Below are positions 55,371 through 64,000 of a DNA stretch of 64,000 nt, piece after piece. The DNA comes from Eledone cirrhosa (Eukaryota). The stretch covers positions 3,348,001 to 3,412,000 of the forward strand of contig OZ024748.1 of assembly GCA_964016885.1 (NCBI GenBank), given 5' to 3'. Each line of letters begins with the position of its first letter. The first letter of the stretch is position 1. A program made the translations under genes and the position numbers. The notes under the pieces were generated by a model that saw nothing but the letters and a program-made list of their open reading frames with translations, had not been told where the DNA came from and did no database searches.

Positions 55371-56293
55371 ATTGCTGCTGTTGTTGTTGTTGTCATTACT
55401 ACCACAGAAGATATTTTCAAATGACTTCATTAGAATTCATTTTCCAACACACAGACAGACATTTCTTCAATAGTATCATCAATCAACAAAGACTGCCTCC
55501 ATTTAACCTGTTACAGGACACCAAGAACAACAACAACAACACTACACTATCATCATCATCATTAAATAACAGTAATACTACAAAGCTTCTCATCTCAGGC
55601 TAAAGCTCAGTAAAACCAGACTTTGGTGGAAGAAAAATCAAATACAAAATATATAAAACCAAATCAAAGAACACAGATTCTTTAAATAAATCTCTGCTGA
55701 ACTTACTGTAAGGTCTTCCTGCTTTTCACATTCTCAATGGAAAATACTTTTTATTTAATTATTTATTTTATTCCATTTCATTTTATTTAATTATTATTAT
55801 TTATTTTATTCTACAGAGGAGATGACGAAGGACTGTGACAAGTGGAGAGATGCTGAATAGGACCCGTCCCACCCTTGCAAGCAGGGAAAATCGGACGTAA
55901 AATGATGATGATGATGATGATTTTATTTTATTCTATTTTCTTACATATTTATTATTGTACTGTCATAATGTTTTTCTTGGTGTAAGCTCTTTGCGGTTAA
56001 TAAAGAAATCATTATTATCAGAGTTGTTATTGGCTCTGGATTGGCAGAATCAGTAGAGCGTCAGACAACATGCTTTGAGGCATAGAGTTACGTCCCTTTA
56101 TGTTCTGAGTTCAAATCCCGCCGAGGTTAGCTTTACTTTTCATCGTTACGGGGTCGATAAAATAAAGTACCAGTAATACACTGCCACAATTAATAACACC
56201 TATGTCGGCTTGGAAACACAAAAAATGGTGATGTGTGATGTGTGAGTGTGTGTGTGTGTATGTATGTGTGTGTGTGAGAGAGAGAGAGAAAGG

Positions 56294-56349
<56 letters not shown>

Positions 56350-57049
56350 CTTAGCAGTTTAACTAAAAAAGATATGAACAAAATAAATCCCAACACTGGG
56401 AAGGAGGGTGGAGGTCATTGATACTATCAACTAAATCTCTTCAAGGTTGTGCCCCAGCATGGTCGCAGTCTAATAACTGCTGAAACCAGTTTAAAAAAAA
56501 AAAAAAAATTTCTTTTCTTTTAAATATCAGAACAATAACAACAACAAAAAGCATCAAATATCATTCACATAAAAAAAAATAGTGAAAAAACAATAAAACA
56601 AAACATGGTATTTTGAAAGAACAACAACAACAACAACAACAACAACAAGGCATTGGTGGAAAATAATATTTCAAATATAATAATAATATGAAATAAATAA
56701 ATAAGACATGTTTTTAGAATATTACATCATGTCTGGGAATTATTATAAGAAGAAGTAGAAGAAAGAAAAGAAGGAGGAGGAGAAAGAAGGAAAAGGAGGG
56801 AAAGACGAAGAGAAAGAAGGAGGGGAAAGAAGAAGAGAAAGAAGGAGAGAAAGAAGAAGGGAGTAGAAGAGGAGGACAGTTGTATATATATTGTAAACTT
56901 TGAAACAATAATAGCAAAAGATCTATATGTAAGCAGACAAGATGTCCAGGGTGTTTGGTAGAAATTATTGGTAAGACTGTGTATGTATATGTACATACAT
57001 ACACACATACATTTATATACATACATATACACATACATACATGTATGTG

Positions 57050-57080
<31 letters not shown>

Positions 57081-57504
57081 GTACACACACATACATATAT
57101 ATAATATACATACATATATAATGTACACATATATATATAATTATTTTAAAGTGGAATAGTATTTTATTTCCAATCCACCAGCACCACCACCTTCTTCCAT
57201 CTCCTACTCCACCACCTCCTCCTACTCCCACCCACCCCCATCCCCCCACCCCTCCCTCCTTTAAGTTTTCCTTTAAAGAAGAAGTAAAATAAACAATATA
57301 TAAATATAAACAATAAAACCAACAAAGCTTTACTTTGATTCAATACAAAACTACAGTTACTCTAAACCTACTGACATTCTTTCTTTTTCTTACTGAACAC
57401 ACACACACTCTCTCTCTCTCCATATATATATATAGAGGGAGAAAAAAGTATGACCCCGACGGCAGAGCTCAAGCCATTTCGACGGCTATTTCTGGACTCC
57501 TTTG

Positions 57505-57542
<38 letters not shown>

Positions 57543-57634
57543 CGAAGGATGTTGGGTAAGGAACCAGGTGCACCATAACGCACCACAGTACTCGATACTT
57601 TGGGTAGTAGAGTGGGTAATACCCTTTTCCCATA

Positions 57635-57665
<31 letters not shown>

Positions 57666-57884
57666 GTCGATCGACTTTCGTCAAATCGGACCTAGGAAAC
57701 AATGTTTCAGTCAGTCTTTCCAATTGCTAGTATTATCTATTGGTCACAACTCCAGGTAGAAAGATCACCGTTAAATAAAATGTCTTGCTCAAGGACACAA
57801 CGTATCGCCTGGTCCAGGAATCGAACTGACAACCTCACGATTGCGAATCCAGTTCTCTAATCAATCAGCCACATGCCTTCACGT

Positions 57885-58330
57885 GTGTGTGTGTGTGTGT
57901 GTGTGTGGTGTGGTGTGGTGTGGTGTGGTGTGGTGTGGTGTGGTGTGGTGTGTGTGGTGTGTGGTGTGGTGTGGTGTGGTGTGGTGTGGGTGTGGTGTGG
58001 TGTGGTGTGGTGTGGTGTGGTGTGGTGTGGTGTGGTGTGGTGTGTGTGTGGTGTGGTGTGGTGTGGTGGGGTGTGGTGTGGTGTGGTGTGGTGTGGTGTG
58101 GTGTGTGTGTGGTGTGGTGTGGTGTGGTGTGGTGTGGTGTGGTGTGTGTGTGGTGTGGTGTGGTGTGGTGTGGTGTGTGTGTGTGTGGTGTGGTGTGGTG
58201 TGGTGTGGTGTGGTGTGGTGTGGTGTGGTGTGGTGTGGTGTGGTGTGGTGTGGTGTGGTGTGGTGTGGTGTGGTGTGGTGTGGTGTGGTGTGTGGTGTGG
58301 TGTGGTGTGGTGTTTGTGTGTGTGTGTGTG
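57885..58330. repeat. (TGTGG)n pentanucleotide microsatellite
   Basis: Direct inspection. Confidence 0.95.
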
Positions 58331-58452
58331 TGCCATCATTTACTGCCTGTTTCTACCTGCTAACAATACATATATACATTACAGTTGATTTGAAGAGAAA
58401 GAGGTGAGAGAATTCTGGCCAGATATGGCTGGTTTAAATACTAAAGGGTTAA

Positions 58453-58835
58453 AGGCTCGAAACAAAGCATGTTGGATGTGCAGCAAAATCCTGGTGATGC
58501 TGATTTCTGCAATTACCAAAGTATTGAGCACCATAAAATACACCCCAGAAAGACAAACAGTTACCAAGGAATACCATCAGGAAGTCCTCCAATGTCTTTG
58601 AGATGTATCAATAGTTCAGTAGAAGAAACTGGGTCTGAGAGCCTTGCAAAACTGGTAGCTGCATCATGACATCATGATAATGTTTAGGTTCATTTATCAC
58701 AACTGATCCAATGCCCCCACTCCCCACCCCCACCCAAAGGTAGGGGGGGGGGGGGGCATCTCAGTCTCCCTACTCTCCAGACATGACTGTCTTTCAGATT
58801 TCTTTTGGTTTCCAAAAACGAAAATTCCACTGTAA
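58453..58835 (+). pseudogene. Decayed mariner transposase fragment
   Basis: TPERQTVTKEYHQEVL..W.LHHD..PYSPDM..DFFWFPK motifs with stops and frameshifts. Confidence 0.8.
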
Positions 58836-59092
58836 TACCCCTGCTTTGGGAGCAGAGAGGACATCGTGTGTAACACATATGTATGTGCATGTATATACAT
58901 GCATATGAAACCCCCCCCCACACACACACACATATATATGTATACATACACTCACACACAAAAATCACAATCTCTCTCTCTCTCTCTCTTTCTCCAATAT
59001 TCCACCATCTTTCAGAATGGTAGCTGGAGGTGAAATAGTTTGAAAACCATCAACATTTCTTTACTCTCTGAGAATCTTCTAACAACAATAAT

Positions 59093-59207
<115 letters not shown>

Positions 59208-59228
59208 GTGTGTGTATATATATATATA

Positions 59229-59271
<43 letters not shown>

Positions 59272-59294
59272 ATATATATATATATATGTATATG

Positions 59295-59340
<46 letters not shown>

Positions 59341-59787
59341 TACATGTATGTATATGTATATATGTGTACATACATTACATATAAACATGTAATGTAAAAA
59401 GTCTTTGATATATTTTTTAAGGATTTAAACATTTAGCCTACATTTTGTAGGTAAGTAGGCATGTTATTATAATGAAGATCAAAACAAGAAAGAAAGGGTT
59501 GCTGATATATATATACACACATATACACACACATATATATATATATACAGTGGCATGATTACATACATGCATATAGACAATACATACACACCACATATAT
59601 ACATAGACACAAGAAAATACAGAAAGACTCCATAAAAGGAAAACACACACATGCATATATGTGTATGCATGTGTGTGTGTGTGTGTGTATATATATAAAT
59701 ATATATATATATATATAAATATGTGTGTGTATATATGTGTGTGTATATGTGTGTATGTGTGTGTGTGTATATGTGTGTATGTGTGTG

Positions 59788-59830
<43 letters not shown>

Positions 59831-60812
59831 TTATATATATATATATTTATATATAATGCCTATATCAATGTTTACTATTGATTCCTGAGTAAAATATACA
59901 ATTGATTAGATTAGAAAAGAATCAACTACAATACCGTAATTAAATTCACAAGAGGCCACCAAAGAACTTTTAAACCAAACATGTAAACACCAGTTTTTTT
60001 GTTTTTCGGAGTCCCTTCAAAAAACAAGACTTCAAATATATACATTTTTTTTCCTTTTCCATTCAATTTATGGAACTCCACATCTTTTACAAAAAATAAT
60101 GGAGAAAACCATGTATTTCTATATGTTCTAAGAGGCCTCTGGAACAGTTAACACTAGTGTATACCTGAATATTGTAAGAAGCCCTTAAACTGAATGTTGG
60201 AAGAGGCCCCTGAACCTATATCATACAGTCTATCCCAGTATGATATAGGAGGCACCAATGTATCCCTCAATGTTGTAAGAGGCCTCTGATATAGTTGGCC
60301 CCAATGTATTCCTCCATGTTGTAAGAGGCCTTTGAAACAGTTGGTACTAGAAAGGTCATCCAGCTGTAAAAAGGACTCCCTCTCCACACAATGACTATGA
60401 AATCCGTTATGGGTCCCTTTCCTAACACCAACCATTTTACTAAGTGCACTGGGTGCATCCTATCGTGGCACCCACCCTAGAGAGGTTGTCATTACTGCAA
60501 CAAAACGAAAGAGTGTTCTCTACTTTATAATTGTCTTCATTCAATTGCTAACCACTTTACAGTGAGTATGTGCATGTGTGCACATGTGTATGTTCGTGTA
60601 TGTCCAGTACACCATACACCATGTCTGAGTGTGTGCATATGTTCAATTTAGAATATATATACACCATGTCCCTGTGTGTTGTCAGAGATTGCTAAAAGGG
60701 GTGCTACCAGGAAGGCTGTCTAGCTGTAAAATATTACCTCAATAACGGTTTACATGAAAGTTAGTAAATCCTTACTTTTCACATTGTTATCTTTTGTGAT
60801 TTCTCTGATTAT

Positions 60813-60871
<59 letters not shown>

Positions 60872-60872
60872 T

Positions 60873-61678
60873 ATTTCTTTATTAGCCACAGGGGCACAAA
60901 AGAAGGGGACAAATACAAAGGGGGAAGTTTACATACAATAAAAACGTGTAAAATGTTATCACAGATGGAATTTAAAAGTTAGTCGATTTTCCCCAATAGA
61001 GGGAGACAGTTTATATGGGTAACACAGACCCCCGAAAAAAATGTGCAACCCTCATCTCCAGGAGTACGAAGAGCTTGTACTCCTTTCCTCTCCTCCTCCT
61101 TTTCCTCAACCTACAGGCTGATATAGAGAGAAGGCCCATTCACTCGGGCCATTCTCGCCACTTTCACCCACCTTTCATAAAACTTGCTGGGGTACAGCAC
61201 CTCTCTCTCCATCCTGATTCTTCTTTAGATAGATAGATGGATAGATATGTTTCTTTATTAGCCACAGGGGCACAAAGGAAGGGGACAAATACAAAGGGGG
61301 AAGTTTACATACAATAAAAACGTGTAAAATATTATCACAAATGTAATTTAAAAGTTAATCGATTTTCTCCAATAGGGGGAGACATTTCATATGGGTAACA
61401 CATACCCCCCAAAAAACTGTACAACTCTCATCTCCAGGAGTACGAAGAGTTTGTTCCCATTTCCTCTCTTCCTCCTTTTCCTCAACCTACAGGCTGATAT
61501 AGAGAGAAGGCCCATTCACTCGGGCCATTCTTGCCACTTTCATAAAACTTGCTGGGGTACAGCACCTCTCTCTCCATCCTGACTCTTCTTCCAAAGTGGT
61601 ATTTGAAAAAAAGAATCAGTTGTTGGCCAGAGAGAAAGGTGTCTGACCTCAGCCCTTTCAACCTTGTCCACCATACAA
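60873..61678 (-). mobile_element. Two tandem Tx1-clade LINE 3' fragments in (GATA)n
   Basis: 60873-61225 and 61249-61678, each flanked by GATA repeats; homologous to 8591-9112. Confidence 0.85.
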
Positions 61679-61771
61679 GATAGATAGATAGATAATGTTA
61701 CACTGTTATAAATTACACAATTCCCACCCCCAACAAAAGAAAAATATGGAGAAGAAAAAGAACAACAAGCA

Positions 61772-61808
<37 letters not shown>

Positions 61809-61812
61809 TTTA

Positions 61813-61845
<33 letters not shown>

Positions 61846-61847
61846 GC

Positions 61848-61886
<39 letters not shown>

Positions 61887-61890
61887 TTTA

Positions 61891-61922
<32 letters not shown>

Positions 61923-62109
61923 TTTAGTAGTAGTAGTAGTAGTAGTAGCAGTAGTAGTAGTAGTAGCAGTAGTAGTGCTACTACAATGTGAGTAATCTCT
62001 TTGATTAACATAGAACTTTTAAATAAAATCAGAGTAGAGATGTTCTGTTAGTTGTTTAGTTCAATAGAAGAGCAATGAGTCAATACATTTAGATAGAACA
62101 CACACACAC

Positions 62110-62141
<32 letters not shown>

Positions 62142-62223
62142 CATCGTTTAACATCTATCTCCCACGCTAGCATGGGTTATATATGTACACACACATGTAT
62201 ATATATATATATATATATAAAAC

Positions 62224-62307
<84 letters not shown>

Positions 62308-62417
62308 ATATATATATATATATATATATACGTACATATATATATGTATATATATGTGCGTGTGTGTATATATATATATATGTACACTCACACAAACAAA
62401 TGTATGTATGTATATGG

Positions 62418-62464
<47 letters not shown>

Positions 62465-62902
62465 ATATATATGTACACACATATATATATATATATATAC
62501 AGAGAAAAAGAGAGAGAGAGAGAGAGAGAAGATACAAGATAGAAAAGAAACAAGAGAAAATAAAACAAACAGCAGCAAAAAAAAAAACAACAGTAGAAAA
62601 AAAAAGGAAAAAAACTAAAAGCTAAAATAAAAGGCCATGCAGTTTTATCATGTGATGTTACTGGAATAGAGTGAAAAATCCTAAAAATTTAGTTGATTGA
62701 CAAGAGAGCTGCCAAGCAACACACAGATCAATAATGGTAAAGATAAATAGTATTAGATAGAGATAGAATACCACAGAAGAAATGAACTATTCACTGTTGT
62801 AGAAGTTGAAGAAGAAGAAGAAAACTAGAAGGAATGGTAATAATAATAATAATTGTTTCTACTTTAGGCACAAGGCCAGCAATTACCCAAATAATAATAA
62901 TG

Positions 62903-63600
62903 ATTTCATTTATTAGCCACAAGGGCCGACATGTAGGGGACAATACAAAGACAGGGACAGTGGGGGGTTTACGATAAGGTCGAGTAAAAGTGCACAATGG
63001 CAAGACTAATTTAACAATGAAGATATAAAAATATAAAATAAACTATGCATAAATATAACAAAATAAATTCCTCTATAGGGGGTGACTCGGGTACCCCACC
63101 AATCCTGAACCACCTTGCACTTCTAGGGCACCCAGGGAGAGCACCCCCTCTCCTCAAGTTAGCTAGCGTATAGGTGCATGGTCAGAGTAGGCCCATTCAC
63201 ACGGGCCATTCTCGCCACATTCACCCACCTTTTAGCAAATGTACTGGGGAGCAGCACTTCTCTCTCCACCCTCACCTTCTTTTCCAGGTGAAACTTGAAG
63301 AAGTTGATGAGGTATTGGCCAAAGAGAAAAGTGTCTGTCTTCAGTCCTTTAAACCTGGTCCACCATATAATCTCTTTGGCAACTGCCACCAGACAGAGGA
63401 AAATTTCCTGCTCTTCCTGACCTAAGGAAGGCGGTGGGTCGATCTTCACTATGGACTCGGCCGATAGCCGGATCCATTCCACACGCGACAGTAGCTGTCC
63501 GACATAACTCCACAAGTCAGTAATGCACGGACATTGGACAAGTGCGTGCAGAACGGTTTCGTCGTTCTGTGCGCATCTTGTGCAGGTCCGTCTGACAGCA
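62903..63600 (-). mobile_element. Tx1-clade LINE 3' end with open ORF2 C-terminus including a CCHC zinc knuckle
   Basis: CTRCAQNDETVLHALVQCPCITDLWSYV...AKEIIWWTR; flanked by (AAT)n. Confidence 0.9.
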
Positions 63601-63920
63601 AATAATAATAATAATGATAATAATAATATGAAGGGAAAAATAGGGAGAGAGATTGTGTGATTCTATGAATGTTGTTGGCAGTGGAGAGAGGAAATATAGA
63701 ATATAGATTCAATGGCTCTTTGGTGGTTGTGGTTGTTGTGGTTGGTTTCAGTCAAACTGTGGCCATGCTGGGGCTACCACCACCTACGAGGGATTTAGTC
63801 GAAGGCAACCAGCCAGTGTGACCCATGCCAGTGTGGAAAAGGGACATAAAATGGTGGTGATGATGATGATGATGGTGGTGGTGGTGATAGTGGTGGTGGT
63901 GATGATGGTGGTGATGGTGG

Positions 63921-63954
<34 letters not shown>

Positions 63955-64000
63955 GATAGTGGAGATGATGGTGGTGATGGTGATGATAGTGGTGGTGGTG

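Overview
This is eukaryotic, AT-rich, microsatellite-saturated DNA, most consistent with an intronic/intergenic region of a coleoid cephalopod (octopus-like) genome. It carries tRNA-derived CORE-like and Meta-like SINEs, RTE and L1/Tx1 LINE fragments, mariner/Tc1/pogo and piggyBac MITEs, and minisatellites. Nearly all ORFs in the track are simple-repeat artefacts. One plausible start exon lies on the minus strand (16822-16898). The main hidden signal is a dense set of type I hammerhead ribozyme motifs (CUGANGA...GAAA...UH with closing stem I). About a dozen are well formed and several more are decayed. They have compensatory stem changes and self-complementary stem III sequences, mostly lie on the minus strand, and are associated with (TA)n and long fold-back palindromes, as expected of Penelope-like or retrozyme-type elements. 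A tandem pair at 38775-39032 could release a 193-nt circularisable RNA. Other notable points are satellites born inside a piggyBac MITE, a nested composite mariner, and Tx1 LINEs repeatedly inserted into (ATCT)n or (ATT)n. All calls were made by eye and no folding or database search was run.
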